Assembly (NCBI GenBank): GCA_945888885.1
Contig: CAMDAX010000001.1
Location: forward strand, 1 to 54,575
Origin: Nitrosovibrio sp. Nv4
GTDB lineage: Bacteria; Pseudomonadota; Gammaproteobacteria; Burkholderiales; Nitrosomonadaceae
Length of the DNA stretch: 54,575 bases
Direction: 5' to 3'
A program made the translations under genes and the position numbers. Below are positions 1 through 10,614 of this stretch, piece by piece. Below the pieces are notes generated by a model. That model was given only the letters and a program-made list of their open reading frames with translations. It did not search any database and was not told the DNA's origin. Each line of letters opens with the position of its first letter. The stretch's first letter is position 1.

Positions 1-146
1 TATTCCCTTGCATGAGCGCACCGCGCAAGGAAGCCTTGCGCAACAAAAATAGCCAATTTAACAAACGCTCTCGCCAAACGCCCCAAGCATGCCATCCATG
101 CCAGCCTTGTTTGTGCCGCGAGCATTTGGGCACCGGACACCGATAC

Positions 147-233
147 CCAAAAGGTGAAGGCCAAATACTGCAAAAAATTACTATGTGTCATGGTGTTAAA
201 TTAAAAAACGAGCGGTCAACTACCGGATTTAGA
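147..233 (+). repeat. Copy 1 of a ~90-nt intergenic repeat; copy 2 lies at 19985..20080 in the same orientation
   Basis: By-eye alignment with 19985..20080. Shared blocks are ccaaaa(a)ggtgaa, aaatact, ttactatgtgtcatggtgttaaa, taaaaaacga and ccggatttag. Copy 2 has one ~7-nt insertion. Copy 1 ends 1 nt before the stop of the minus-strand ArsR gene. Confidence 0.8.
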
Positions 234-234
234 T

Positions 235-558
235 TCAACTATCCTTATCACAATAAAGACTGGATAAAGTCTGCATGATTTGAATCACCTCGCGGCCGGC
301 CAGGCTGTAATAAATGTATTTGCCTTTGCGCTCGGTTGTGACCAGCCCCTCTATGCGCAACACGGTAAGTTGTTGTGATAATGTAGGTTGGCGGATATCC
401 AGCAACTCTTCCAGCTCACCGACATTTCTGACGCCTTGAATAAGCTGACACAAGATAAGCAGCCTATCTGCGTTTGCCAGTACTTTCAGCATTGAACAGG
501 CTTCCGTCGCGGATGCGCGTATTACTGCAATGCTGGGTAGGTCTGGTTCCAATCTCAT
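235..558 (-). CDS. ArsR/SmtB-family transcriptional regulator, BigR/SqrR-like (107 aa from the internal ATG)
   Basis: The C-terminal 107 aa of ORF 235..840 read MRLEPD...LKVLANADRLLILCQL...ELLDIRQPTLSQQLTVLRIEGLV...YYSL, a winged HTH. An ATG at 558 is preceded by gaggtg. There is one Cys in helix 2 (LILC) and one near the C-terminus (LYC), and no ELCVCDL metal box. The upstream part of the ORF overlaps the next gene and looks spurious. Confidence 0.85.
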   Translation of the reverse strand: MRLEPDLPSIAVIRASATEACSMLKVLANADRLLILCQLIQGVRNVGELEELLDIRQPTLSQQLTVLRIEGLVTTERKGKYIYYSLAGREVIQIMQTLSSLYCDKDS

Positions 559-670
559 AGCGGCACCTCTAAGCATCCTCGTCTTTGGTGTAGTCCGTCC
601 CACAATCCCGCCATGGCACCGGGCTTGTTCAATAGTTTCTCGGTTGTACCGTGTTGCATGCCGATTTCCA

Positions 671-1117
671 TTAGATATGCCCTCCCATTTTGGGACGGTC
701 AACGAGTCTGGATCTTTCCAGAATTTCAAAAATCCCCATTCCCAGCAACATTGCCGCCACAAACACGATCCCTTTGCTACTGCCAGCTCCAAGCAGAACC
801 AGTGCCGGTCCGGGACAGATACCTGCCATTCCCCAGCCAATACCGAATGCGAGACTTCCCAGCATCAGGCGCTTATCGATCACCCGCGCAGTGGGCAGGT
901 GTATGGGTAACCCCAGATAACTGCGATTGCGCCTGCTGGCTACGGCAAAAGCAACCGATCCCACGGCAATCGCGCCCACCATGACCAATGCGAGAGAAGG
1001 ATCCCATGCACCGGTAATATCAAGAAATGCCAGAACCTTAGCCGGGTCCGCCATTCCCGCCAGAATAAGCCCTAACCCAAAGATCAGGCCCGCTAGCATT
1101 GCACTGATGTTGACCAT
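671..1117 (-). CDS. Half-size YeeE/YedE-family (sulfur-compound transport) membrane protein
   Basis: 148 aa, about four hydrophobic helices, with the GIGWGMAGICPGPA motif typical of YeeE/YedE repeats. It lies 24 nt downstream of its partner gene. Confidence 0.75.
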   Translation of the reverse strand: MVNISAMLAGLIFGLGLILAGMADPAKVLAFLDITGAWDPSLALVMVGAIAVGSVAFAVASRRNRSYLGLPIHLPTARVIDKRLMLGSLAFGIGWGMAGICPGPALVLLGAGSSKGIVFVAAMLLGMGIFEILERSRLVDRPKMGGHI

Positions 1118-1141
1118 TTTATTTCCCCTCCGCTGATGACG

Positions 1142-1576
1142 CTATCCGCCGAGCATATGCCGCATGATATAAACGGTGACGAAGCCTGTACCCATAAATA
1201 CCAGGGTGGCAATGATGGAGCGTGGCGACAACCGGGACAGCCCACAAACCCCATGACCGCTGGTACAACCGGAGCCATAGCGCGTGCCGATGCCGACAAT
1301 CAAACCAGCCAAAGCCAGAATGCCGTAGCCGGTATCAATCTGAAAAGTGGGCAGGCTATGAAACAGTTGCCATACCAGCGGTGCAGCGACTAGCCCCGCA
1401 ACAAAAGCAATACGCCAGCCTATATCACCAGTCTGCAATCTGAATAGTCCACCGGCTATGCCGGAAATTCCAGCAATACGTCCATTCAGCAATGCGAACA
1501 CCGCAACTGCGATACCGATAGTCATCCCGCCTGCCAGCGAAGACCACGGGGTAAAGTGACTCCAGTCAATCAGCAT
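1142..1576 (-). CDS. Half-size YeeE/YedE-family (sulfur-compound transport) membrane protein
   Basis: 144 aa and hydrophobic, with the GTRYGSGCTSGHGVCG conserved-Cys motif of YeeE/YedE/TsuA. An aagagga SD lies upstream of the ATG at 1576. Confidence 0.8.
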   Translation of the reverse strand: MLIDWSHFTPWSSLAGGMTIGIAVAVFALLNGRIAGISGIAGGLFRLQTGDIGWRIAFVAGLVAAPLVWQLFHSLPTFQIDTGYGILALAGLIVGIGTRYGSGCTSGHGVCGLSRLSPRSIIATLVFMGTGFVTVYIMRHMLGG

Positions 1577-1784
1577 TATTTATCCTCTTATTCCAATTCT
1601 ATTTCATCAGCGACACTTCGTTGATATCTTTGCTTGCGCCTTGCCCTACTATTCGCCCAGAAGAAAATCCTCCTGGGGGACGTACTGTCTGCGATATTCT
1701 CTCGTCATCACCTGGTTTCACTTTCGAACTGGAATTGAAATTACCCGATTTTGAAAAATGACTCTTTGCAGATCATTAATATTA

Positions 1785-1825
1785 TGTTGACGAATAATAT
1801 ATTAATCGATATATTGTTGTCAACA
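1785..1825. promoter_or_regulatory. AT-rich imperfect palindrome in the divergent YeeE / MBL intergenic region; candidate operator for the ArsR/BigR-type regulator
   Basis: tgttgac-g-aataatatat-taatcg-atatattgtt-gtcaaca. The arms are complementary apart from one mismatch and one indel. Confidence 0.4.
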
Positions 1826-1890
1826 CAGAAATAATTCTAATCCCAATTAGAAGCGCCACTAATTATCTACCACCAACCGCTCGCCCTGAT

Positions 1891-1928
1891 CCTTCGACTT
1901 TGCTCAGGACTGAAGGCCTTGTCGAAGG
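1891..1928. repeat. REP-like GC hairpin (ccttcgac ... gtcgaagg)
   Basis: Perfect 8-bp arms flank a 22-nt loop. The reverse-strand translation gives PFDKAFSPEQSRRIRASG, resembling the pseudo-peptides produced by common proteobacterial intergenic repeat elements (recollection, not searched). Confidence 0.35.
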
Positions 1929-2147
1929 GTGCGGTGTGGTTCGACATAACCAATGACTTGCCCAGCGTCTTTTGCTGGGTTAGTCAGATGACTGGTAGTT
2001 ATATCAGGCTCTGATGGAACAACTAAGTATTGACTAAGCACGATAACCCCGTGCCAAGTCACTACTTAACCACGAACGGGTTAGATTGTTGGTATTTCTA
2101 TCTGAAATTGAAATAAGACTGATCCATTTCGAATACAGGAGAAAAAG

Positions 2148-3008
2148 ATGTCCCCGCAGATCCAAGCGTTTTTTGACCCGGCTACCTGGACGGTTAGCTA
2201 TGTTGTATTTGACGAGTCAGGCGGAAGTTGCGCGATTATTGATCCCGTTCTGGATTACGAGCCAAAGTCTGCCAAGATCAGCACCTTATCTGCGGACAAG
2301 TTGGTTGCGTTCATCAACGACCAGCGGTTGACTGTCGCATGGATACTCGAAACGCATGCACACGCCGACCACATCTCATCGGCGCACTATCTCAGGGAGA
2401 AACTAGGTGGGAAAATTGCCATAGGCAATGAAATTCCCCGGGTGCAGGAGACTTTCAAAAAGATATTCAATCTCGGATCCGAGTTCATCCCGGACGGCAG
2501 GCAGTTTGATCACTTACTAGCTGATGCCGAAACTTTCAAGGTCGGCAAACTGAGCGCAACAGCCACTTCAGTTTCAGGCCATACGCCAGCCGATATGGCT
2601 TACCAATTCGACGATGCGATTTTTGTTGGTGATACGCTGTTCATGCCAGACGTAGGTACAGCGCGCGCTGACTTTCCCGGTGGAGATGCCCGCCGCCTGT
2701 TCCGCTCAATCCGCTATTTGCTCGCACAACCGCTAAAAACACGACTATTCATGTGCCACGACTATCCGCCCACAAACCGCTCCGCGCGGTGGGAAAGCAC
2801 GGTGGCCGAGCAGCGTGCACATAATATTCATGTGCATGATGGCATCAATGAAGACGAGTTTGTCGCCATGCGTGAGGCGCGGGATGCCACGCTCGAGATG
2901 CCAACGCTGTTACTGCCATCGGTGCAGGTCAATGTGCGGGCGGGAGAGATGCCACCGCCGGAAATGAACGGGATCTCGTATCTGAAAATACCCGTCAATG
3001 TGATTTGA
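2148..3008 (+). CDS. MBL-fold metallo-hydrolase, persulfide-dioxygenase (ETHE1/Blh)-like
   Basis: 286 aa with the HxHxDH motif (ETHAHADHISSA), followed by GHTPADM and FVGDTLF. An aggaga SD lies 6 nt upstream. It is divergent from the YeeE/ArsR genes. Confidence 0.8.
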   Translation: MSPQIQAFFDPATWTVSYVVFDESGGSCAIIDPVLDYEPKSAKISTLSADKLVAFINDQRLTVAWILETHAHADHISSAHYLREKLGGKIAIGNEIPRVQETFKKIFNLGSEFIPDGRQFDHLLADAETFKVGKLSATATSVSGHTPADMAYQFDDAIFVGDTLFMPDVGTARADFPGGDARRLFRSIRYLLAQPLKTRLFMCHDYPPTNRSARWESTVAEQRAHNIHVHDGINEDEFVAMREARDATLEMPTLLLPSVQVNVRAGEMPPPEMNGISYLKIPVNVI

Positions 3009-3053
3009 TAAAGTAGACCGGTTCGTAGCTGTAACGGCAGCGGACTTACCTCG

Positions 3054-5072
3054 TCATGCAGTTACTTTAGGATTGATTTCCAGAGTGATGGCCAACTCCT
3101 GTACTGTCGCTGGCCATTCCAGTTTTAGCGTCACCGCCTGCATGATTTTCTCGAATCCACCCTCGGACTGCGATACGGAATAATGTGGCTGCGCAGCCAG
3201 TGCCACCAGCGAGGAAACGTGCAATGTAATGCTCCCGGCCAGCACATCATCATCCAGCGTTATCTCATTCATTGCTGCCAGTTCAAACGGTTGACCAAAG
3301 CCGCCGGGGATTTGTCCCTGGTAAATATAGCGCCCACCCCAGCCGTCGCAACTGGGCATGGCGAGATTGATCTCGGTGCTGAATACGCCCTCTACTTCGC
3401 TGGTGAAGCGGTACGATACATGCAGCCGGTTACCCACAAGCTCGAAACTTTTGCTTACAGACGGGCACGATGTACCCACCTGGAAATGCACGCCACCAAC
3501 AATGAATGGCTCATGCCGGTAGTTCATGAACACACCATTCAGACGATCGACAAATAGTCCCCGTACATGATCGTCAGCCTCCATGTCTGCGGCATTTATT
3601 TTGTGCTTGAAATTGACTCGCTCATGCGCCGAAGCGATACCCGTATCACTGCGCTCGTTTAACCCCCCCTCGCCCTGTTGTTGAATTTGACGGTAATAGT
3701 GCTCAGCCTGACGTCGCAGAGTATCACCGAAATTATGTTTGAGCGCATAGGCATCAAGTTCGCAAATGCAGGCATTACCATCGAGCTTCAACACCGCCTG
3801 GAGTACGCCATTCTGCAGATATACCTCATCCACCCCGTCAAGATCAGTATCTTCCATGAAACGGGCTGGGCGCGGCGCACAGGTGTCCAGCATTGCTTCC
3901 AGCTCAACCATGTCGTTATATACTGCGCGCCGCAGGTGGGGCAGATACAAACCACCAAACAGGCCATGCCAGTAGGCGTCATTGGCCTGGGACTCGTAGA
4001 GCTTCTGCTGCATTGTGGTAGTACGTTGTTCCTGCGGTAGCGTGGCGAGGCGTGTGGAGAGCCCCAGCATGCGCTTGTGCATCCAGTTGGACTCGGGATA
4101 GAGCGAAAAGAAATTTTTCCAGATGCCACCGCGCAGAAATGCTTTATCGCGTTCGTACCGGCCATCCGTTTTTGCCTGCTGCACCAGATCGGCATAGTCA
4201 TTGGCGGGTTGTGCAGGAAGTGTCCACTCGTTCATCTCAATATAGGAGGTGGTAGGTAGATACACTATGCCACGAGTTTTTCCAGCTGCATGGTAATCGC
4301 GGTAGTGTTGGGTACGAATTCTTGGCGAGGCCAGCACACCTTGAATAAATTGATCGAGCCAGCCTTTTTCATATACCCATTGGTAAGTCTCTGGCCAAAT
4401 ACCGAATTTTTCGATGTCATCGAAATAAATCGCCGCGTTACCCCCGTCTACCGCACTACCATCGGCAAGAGACTCGATGTACGCCACTGCTTCGTGGGCC
4501 GGAGAAAACGGCAGTTTGTAGCGCAAGGTTTCAGAAATGGGAAACAGGTCAAGCGTGCGTCCATCCTCCTCGGTGGTGAAATAGCCATTCAATTCCGCCG
4601 TAGTTTTACCGGTGCAGAGAAAATGATAATCGTCCACAATCACATAGCGTATGCCACAATCGACCAGCGCCGGAACTACGGTTGCCTCCCACACCCGTTC
4701 TGTCAGCCACGCGCCATGGGGGCGCTGGCCTAATTTCATTTCCAGCTTGTAAGAAAAAGTCTGGATTTGCCCGATACGGTCACGGTTAGGGATCACTGCC
4801 AGCACTGGCTCGGTGTCGCCCGCGCCAAATAATTCTACTTGCCCCCGCGCCACCATTTCCCGTAAAAGTGCCATGTCTTCCGGATAATGTTCGATCAGGT
4901 AATCCAGCAACCAGCCGGAAAAATGTACCGCAAAGTGGAAATCCGGGTAGCGGTAGAGTACTCGCAGAAATGGCTTGTAACAGCGTAGGTGTGCATCTGT
5001 CAGCACTTCTGGAAAATTACCAACAGGCTGATGAGCATGAACACCGAAAAGCAGGGAAATAGGTTGGGACAT
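3054..5072 (-). CDS. GH57-family alpha-amylase / 4-alpha-glucanotransferase domain protein
   Basis: 672 aa. GH57 signature regions are present: HAHQPVGNF, WLTERVWE (nucleophile Glu region) and YFDDIEKFG (acid/base Asp region). It starts 4 nt after the upstream GH57 gene. Confidence 0.85.
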   Translation of the reverse strand: MSQPISLLFGVHAHQPVGNFPEVLTDAHLRCYKPFLRVLYRYPDFHFAVHFSGWLLDYLIEHYPEDMALLREMVARGQVELFGAGDTEPVLAVIPNRDRIGQIQTFSYKLEMKLGQRPHGAWLTERVWEATVVPALVDCGIRYVIVDDYHFLCTGKTTAELNGYFTTEEDGRTLDLFPISETLRYKLPFSPAHEAVAYIESLADGSAVDGGNAAIYFDDIEKFGIWPETYQWVYEKGWLDQFIQGVLASPRIRTQHYRDYHAAGKTRGIVYLPTTSYIEMNEWTLPAQPANDYADLVQQAKTDGRYERDKAFLRGGIWKNFFSLYPESNWMHKRMLGLSTRLATLPQEQRTTTMQQKLYESQANDAYWHGLFGGLYLPHLRRAVYNDMVELEAMLDTCAPRPARFMEDTDLDGVDEVYLQNGVLQAVLKLDGNACICELDAYALKHNFGDTLRRQAEHYYRQIQQQGEGGLNERSDTGIASAHERVNFKHKINAADMEADDHVRGLFVDRLNGVFMNYRHEPFIVGGVHFQVGTSCPSVSKSFELVGNRLHVSYRFTSEVEGVFSTEINLAMPSCDGWGGRYIYQGQIPGGFGQPFELAAMNEITLDDDVLAGSITLHVSSLVALAAQPHYSVSQSEGGFEKIMQAVTLKLEWPATVQELAITLEINPKVTA

Positions 5073-5076
5073 CAGA

Positions 5077-6783
5077 TTACTCCAACGTTGCTCGCCGCAT
5101 CGTACCGCCCGACTCAGGATGTCCGCTACCCTGACTGATAGGCTTAAGCACCTCTGCAGGTACCGGCAATTTCAGCAAACCGTAAAGATTAGCCAGATTG
5201 TCGCGGAATAGCTTGTCAAAGCTCTCCACCACATCCGGCGGATTGTAGTCGCCGAACCACCAGAACCAGTCCGAGCTCTCACAGGAAGCCAGTTGTCGGC
5301 TGGCTGCGACCTTTTCCTCATCCAGCAAACGCTCGCTTTGCATTACTCTGTCGTAACTATGCTTGGCGGCGCATAGCAGATCCCACGCATGATTTTTATC
5401 ATGGTCACCGATCCAGGTGGAAAATGTCCCATATACCCAGCTACCTGCCGTTAATACCGGCAGCACAGCAGCATCGGCATGTGCCGATGCTGCAACATAA
5501 TCCCGGTAGGTAGTGGCACAAATTGAAGGGTGATTTTCAAGAATTTCATAAAGGTCATTAAGAAAATAATAGCCGTTATAGGGGTAGTATTCCCAGGCAT
5601 TTTCGCCATCCAGAATTATGCTCACCACTTGACCCTCCCCCACCGGTGCCTTATGACCAATTTCCTCAAGAGAATGCACCAAGTGTTCGGCGGCATCACG
5701 CCCAAACCATTTTGAATATTCGAAACCGATCATGTCCGATAATTTATCGTCACGGAAAAAACAGGTCATGCCATCGGTCTTCCCCTGCACCCGGTAAGGA
5801 TGGTAAAGATAATGGTTTCGTTCCGGTAGCGGCTTGTCAGGATATGATTTGCGCAAACTATTGACCAACACACTCTCGCCGCTGGCACTCCATTGACAAC
5901 TTTGCTCTGCCAGGATTTCCAGCAAGGGCGACGATACCGCACCTTCCGCCGGCCATATGCCGACAGGCTTGATACCGAAACGCCGCACATGACTCTCGAT
6001 CGCCGATGTCACATGGAATGTGATACGACTGCGCCCTCCTGGGTAAATTCCCTCCATTGGCAAAGTGATGTCAGGCAGACTATCGCTGGCAGAATAGAAG
6101 TCAATCAACAGCGGCGAAAGTGGGTGGTAATGTGGCGTAGTGGACAGTTCGATCTGACCCGATTCAGCTAGCTTGCGGTAGCGCGGAATTAATCCTCGAA
6201 TCAATTCTCCAATCAGGTTAAACAATTCAATCCGGTCTTCATGGCTAAAACTCCCGCCTTGCGCCATTAATCGCGCTACGACCTCGTTGCCCCGGCGCAC
6301 GCTCTCGCCGGTCCATGCCAAGTGATACCACACCAGCAAGTCCGCCAGATATTGGCCCGAGAGATAAGTCAGCTCAGCTTCGCCGCGTCCACGCAGCATT
6401 TTATGCAGGTCATATAGGCGTTGGTACGCCGGATACGGCTGCATCATGGTGGCATGGTTGCTGCTAAAGCAACTGTTGAATACATGTTGACGGTCGCTCG
6501 CAGAAACCTGCCCCAGGTCGGCAGTGGCCAGAAAGCGCAATAGCGGATCGCGCATCTGCCCCAAGGCAAACTGTTCAACGTAATCTTCCAATTGATCCAG
6601 CAACACTGGTACAAAATTCACTACTGCCTTGATGCGAGGATGAGACTCAAGGTGATACGCCATATCGCTGTAATCTTTGATGGCATGTAGATATACCCAC
6701 GGCAGAGCAAATTCGCCAGTCTTGTAATTACGGTAATCTGGCTGGTGCATGTGCCACAGCAAGACAAGGTTTAGTGATTGCAT
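5077..6783 (-). CDS. GH57-family glycoside hydrolase (AmyC / branching-enzyme-like)
   Basis: 568 aa with WHMHQP, IWPAEGAVS and ILDGENAWEYY, the GH57 conserved regions. Confidence 0.85.
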   Translation of the reverse strand: MQSLNLVLLWHMHQPDYRNYKTGEFALPWVYLHAIKDYSDMAYHLESHPRIKAVVNFVPVLLDQLEDYVEQFALGQMRDPLLRFLATADLGQVSASDRQHVFNSCFSSNHATMMQPYPAYQRLYDLHKMLRGRGEAELTYLSGQYLADLLVWYHLAWTGESVRRGNEVVARLMAQGGSFSHEDRIELFNLIGELIRGLIPRYRKLAESGQIELSTTPHYHPLSPLLIDFYSASDSLPDITLPMEGIYPGGRSRITFHVTSAIESHVRRFGIKPVGIWPAEGAVSSPLLEILAEQSCQWSASGESVLVNSLRKSYPDKPLPERNHYLYHPYRVQGKTDGMTCFFRDDKLSDMIGFEYSKWFGRDAAEHLVHSLEEIGHKAPVGEGQVVSIILDGENAWEYYPYNGYYFLNDLYEILENHPSICATTYRDYVAASAHADAAVLPVLTAGSWVYGTFSTWIGDHDKNHAWDLLCAAKHSYDRVMQSERLLDEEKVAASRQLASCESSDWFWWFGDYNPPDVVESFDKLFRDNLANLYGLLKLPVPAEVLKPISQGSGHPESGGTMRRATLE

Positions 6784-6869
6784 TTTCGGCAGAAGCTCTA
6801 TGAAAACTCAATTAAATAACTTCAGGTATCGAGAATCATCATGTAACTCCATGATCTTAAGTTATTCGG

Positions 6870-8168
6870 CTATCTGACATAATGCACATTCTGCCCGAGC
6901 ATTTCCGGGGTAATAAGCGTAATACCTTTATCGGTAACATGAAACCGCTTCCGATCTTCTTCCGGATTAAATCCCACCGTCAATCCTTCAGGAATTATGC
7001 AATTCTTGTCTACTACTACCCGCCGCAGGCGCGCATGCCTGGCGATGTCGACGTTAGGCAATATTACGGAATCCTCGATACTGCTGTAGCTGCGGACTTG
7101 CACATTGGAAAACAGTATTGAGCGGCGTACCGTTGAACCGCTGATGATGCAGCCACCAGATACCATCGAATCCAGTGCTTGGCCACGTCGATCCTCATCA
7201 TCAAACACAAACTTGGCGGGTGGCAGCTGTTCCTGGTGAGTCCAGATTGGCCAGTCCTCGTCGTAGAGATTGAGATCTGGAGTCACATGAGTGAGATCAA
7301 GATTGGCCTCCCAGTAGGCATCGACCGTGCCCACATCCCGCCAATAGGGCTCACCTGAAACCATGTTGACGCAACTATCAAAAAAACGGTGGGCAAATAC
7401 CCGATGGCGAGGCACCAGATACGGAATCAGATCCTTGCCGAAATCATGGGACGAGTCGCGCTCATCATGGTCACGTATCAATTGCTCGAAAAGAAATGCA
7501 GCATTAAACACATAAATGCCCATGCTGACGAGGGCTTGCCTGGACTGGCCAGGAATGGGTATGGGATTCGTGGGTTTCTCGGCAAAACTGGTAATACGCC
7601 ATTCATCGCTGACGCTCATAACACCGAAACTACTCGCCTCTTCCAGCGGCACATCCAGACAGGCCACAGTCATATCGGCAGATTTTTCCACATGCTCGGC
7701 CAGTAGTTTACTGTAGTCCATTTTGTATATATGGTCGCCACCCAGAATCAGTACATATTTTGGCTCATGGCGACGCAGAATATCAAGATTCTGGAATACC
7801 GCATCAGCAGTTCCCTGGTACCAAGTCTCTTCAATCCGCTGCTGCGCAGGCAGCAATTCAACGAACTCGTTGAAGCGTCCATCAAGAAAACCCCAGCCGT
7901 GCTGGATATGCCTGATCAAGCTCTGTGCCTTGTACTGAGTGGCAACGCCGATGCGACGGATGCCAGAATTAACACAATTGGAAAGGGGGAAGTCAATGAT
8001 ACGAAACTTGCCGCCGAATGGCACTGCGGGCTTCGCGCGCCAGTCGGTGAGTTGCCGCAAGCGGCTGCCGCGCCCACCCGCCAGTATCAACGCTATCGCA
8101 TTACGCGTAATCTGACTGTGAACACGTAGATCTGAATCATGCTTCATCGGGTAAAAGTTCTCAAGCAT
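6870..8168 (-). CDS. glgC: Glucose-1-phosphate adenylyltransferase
   Basis: 432 aa. [43 protein letters not shown] is the GlgC N-terminal signature. A gggag SD lies 6 nt before the ATG at 8168. Confidence 0.93.
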   Translation of the reverse strand: MLENFYPMKHDSDLRVHSQITRNAIALILAGGRGSRLRQLTDWRAKPAVPFGGKFRIIDFPLSNCVNSGIRRIGVATQYKAQSLIRHIQHGWGFLDGRFNEFVELLPAQQRIEETWYQGTADAVFQNLDILRRHEPKYVLILGGDHIYKMDYSKLLAEHVEKSADMTVACLDVPLEEASSFGVMSVSDEWRITSFAEKPTNPIPIPGQSRQALVSMGIYVFNAAFLFEQLIRDHDERDSSHDFGKDLIPYLVPRHRVFAHRFFDSCVNMVSGEPYWRDVGTVDAYWEANLDLTHVTPDLNLYDEDWPIWTHQEQLPPAKFVFDDEDRRGQALDSMVSGGCIISGSTVRRSILFSNVQVRSYSSIEDSVILPNVDIARHARLRRVVVDKNCIIPEGLTVGFNPEEDRKRFHVTDKGITLITPEMLGQNVHYVR

Positions 8169-8267
8169 ACATTGCTCCCATGATTATGCTACCGCGCTTC
8201 AGTCCATAACATATTTTTACATTATGGCACTTTCCTACAATAAAATTTGATCTGAATCAACAACCAT

Positions 8268-10511
8268 ATGCAAGCTATAATCCTACACATGCAATTCAGC
8301 CACGCAAAACCTGTCACATCCGCTAAAGGCGACCCGCTACTGAAAGCGTTACTGGCAGCACGGCTGCACGATCCTTTCGTTTATCTTGGCGCTCACGTGC
8401 AGCAAAACCATAGCTTGGTGCGAGTGTTTCGTCCCTATGCCAGCAACGTTTGGATCAATACGGCTGACGGCTTTAAGCCGATGACATGCGCCCATTCCAG
8501 TGGAATTTTCGAGTGGCATAGCGCAACTTTACCCGCTATGCCCTATCTACTTCGCGTTGAGGAAAATGACACAGCGCAGAATACGGCAGCATATGAAACT
8601 TACGATGCTTACGCTTTCCCGCCACAGATTTCCGATCATGACCTATATCTGTTCAACGAAGGCCAATTACGCCAGGCATACCGTACTCTAGGTGCTCACA
8701 CTACTGAAATCTACGGTATTGCGGGTGTGAGTTTCTCGGTGTGGGCGCCCAATGCTGAGCGAGTCAGCCTGGTAGGCGATTTCAACCGCTGGGATGGGCG
8801 AGTGCATCCTATGACGGTGCATGGCTCCAGCGGTGTCTGGGAATTATTTATCCCCGGTCTGCCACAGGACTCACTCTATAAGTATGAAATCCGCAACCGC
8901 GATAGCGGTAAAGTTCTGCTCAAAACCGACCCTTATGCCACACACTATGAGCTGCGCTCTGGTACCGCCGCGCGTACACCCGTTGATGCTGCTGCCAGCT
9001 GGCAGGATGCAAGATGGATGGCGAATCGCGCCGACTGGGACTGGCTGCACGCGCCGCTGAATATTTACGAAATTCATGCCGGCTCCTGGAAACGGCATCC
9101 GGATGGACGCTTTTATACTTATCGCGAACTTGCCCAGCATCTGATTCCTTACGTATTGGAAATGGGCCATACTCATATTGAATTGCTACCAGTGTCGGAA
9201 CATCCACTCGATGAGTCCTGGGGTTACCAGACCACCGGATATTTCGCTGCCACCAGCCGCTATGGTTCACCGGATGACCTGAAATTCTTCGTCGACACCT
9301 GTCACCAGGCAGGTGTCGGTGTGATTCTCGACTGGGTGCCAGCACACTTTCCGCAGGATGCCTTTGCCCTATCCCGTTTTGACGGTACTGCGCTGTATGA
9401 ACACGAAGACCCGCGTTTGGGATTCCACCAGGATTGGGGTACGTATATTTTTAATTACGGGCGCAATGAAGTTAAATCGTTTCTGCTATCCAGCGCCCAT
9501 TACTGGTTATCGGAGTTCCATTTTGATGGGCTACGGGTGGACGCAGTTGCATCTATGCTTTATCTGGACTATTCCCGCAAGCAAGACGAATGGCTACCCA
9601 ACAAATATGGCGGCAGGGAAAATCTCGAAGCCATAGAATTTCTGCGTGAATTGAACATCATGGTGCATGAAGAATTCCCCGGTGCGCTAACACTGGCTGA
9701 GGAGTCCACCTCATGGCCGGCCGTATCGCGCCCCACCTATGCTGGTGGACTTGGGTTCTCGATGAAGTGGAACATGGGTTGGATGAACGATACACTTGCC
9801 TACATGCTGCAAAACCCGGTGCACCGGCAGTTTCATCATAATCAGCTCACTTTCGGTCAGCTCTACGCCTATACCGAAAATTTTGTATTGCCGTTTTCAC
9901 ATGATGAAGTGGTGCATGGCAAGGGTTCGTTGCTGGACAAGATGCCGGGTGACGCCTGGCAGAAATTCGCCAACCTGCGCCTGCTGTTCGCATATCAAAT
10001 GACTTACCCCGGCAAGAAACTCAATTTCATGGGCAACGAATTTGCCCAAGGACGCGAATGGAGTGCCAGCCGGGAACTGGACTGGAGCCTGCTGGAGCAC
10101 GCACAGCACCGCGGTGTGCAGGCGGTACTGCGTGACCTCAATCATCTTTACAATAAGACTCCTGCATTGCATCAACTGGATTTTTCACCAGAAGGCTTTG
10201 CCTGGATCGACTGCCACGATGCTGGTAATTCCATAATCAGTTATCTGCGCCACGCACAGGATGGTTCATTCGTACTGGTAGCACTCAATTTTACCCCGGT
10301 ACCACGGGCAGGCTATCGTATTGGTGTTCCTGTTTCAGGAAGCTATCATGAAATGTTCAACAGCGACTCCACCTACTACGGTGGCAGTAATCTAGGCAAT
10401 CCAGGACACCTCACTACCACCGGTGAGTCATGGATGGGCCTGCCGGACTCTATTGTTATCACGCTGCCGCCGCTGGCAGGGATCATTCTTTCTCTGGAAG
10501 ATGTCGCGTAG
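8268..10511 (+). CDS. glgB: 1,4-alpha-glucan branching enzyme (GH13)
   Basis: 747 aa with the GH13 regions [25 protein letters not shown] and [10 protein letters not shown]. The start is ambiguous between 8268 and the ATG at 8289. Confidence 0.93.
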   Translation: MQAIILHMQFSHAKPVTSAKGDPLLKALLAARLHDPFVYLGAHVQQNHSLVRVFRPYASNVWINTADGFKPMTCAHSSGIFEWHSATLPAMPYLLRVEENDTAQNTAAYETYDAYAFPPQISDHDLYLFNEGQLRQAYRTLGAHTTEIYGIAGVSFSVWAPNAERVSLVGDFNRWDGRVHPMTVHGSSGVWELFIPGLPQDSLYKYEIRNRDSGKVLLKTDPYATHYELRSGTAARTPVDAAASWQDARWMANRADWDWLHAPLNIYEIHAGSWKRHPDGRFYTYRELAQHLIPYVLEMGHTHIELLPVSEHPLDESWGYQTTGYFAATSRYGSPDDLKFFVDTCHQAGVGVILDWVPAHFPQDAFALSRFDGTALYEHEDPRLGFHQDWGTYIFNYGRNEVKSFLLSSAHYWLSEFHFDGLRVDAVASMLYLDYSRKQDEWLPNKYGGRENLEAIEFLRELNIMVHEEFPGALTLAEESTSWPAVSRPTYAGGLGFSMKWNMGWMNDTLAYMLQNPVHRQFHHNQLTFGQLYAYTENFVLPFSHDEVVHGKGSLLDKMPGDAWQKFANLRLLFAYQMTYPGKKLNFMGNEFAQGREWSASRELDWSLLEHAQHRGVQAVLRDLNHLYNKTPALHQLDFSPEGFAWIDCHDAGNSIISYLRHAQDGSFVLVALNFTPVPRAGYRIGVPVSGSYHEMFNSDSTYYGGSNLGNPGHLTTTGESWMGLPDSIVITLPPLAGIILSLEDVA

Positions 10512-10614
10512 TGTCGCAATATTAACGGATGTAGTTTGCGGGTGATCCAGGGAAATTTGGCCATGAACGCGCATGAATAAAATAATATTGTTTTAAACAA
10601 ACCAAGAAAACTTC

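Noticed and set aside
12-278. ORFs 12..278 and 19867..20088 share the peptide ITMCHGVKLKN
   Set aside because: The similarity comes from the nucleotide repeat. There is no SD, the ORFs diverge outside the repeat, and ORF 12..278 overlaps the ArsR gene in antisense. I treated them as non-coding repeat copies, while noting the short conserved ORF in the repeat finding.
1599-1721. A 40-codon GTG-initiated minus-strand ORF (VKPGDDERISQTVRPPGG...) just upstream of the YeeE gene
   Set aside because: It has no SD, no in-frame ATG and no recognisable motif, and it is too short to support from sequence alone.
1925-1950. A tRNA-like T-loop string (ggttcgaca)
   Set aside because: There is no complementary T-stem, acceptor stem or anticodon arm around it. 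It is part of the REP-like element flank.
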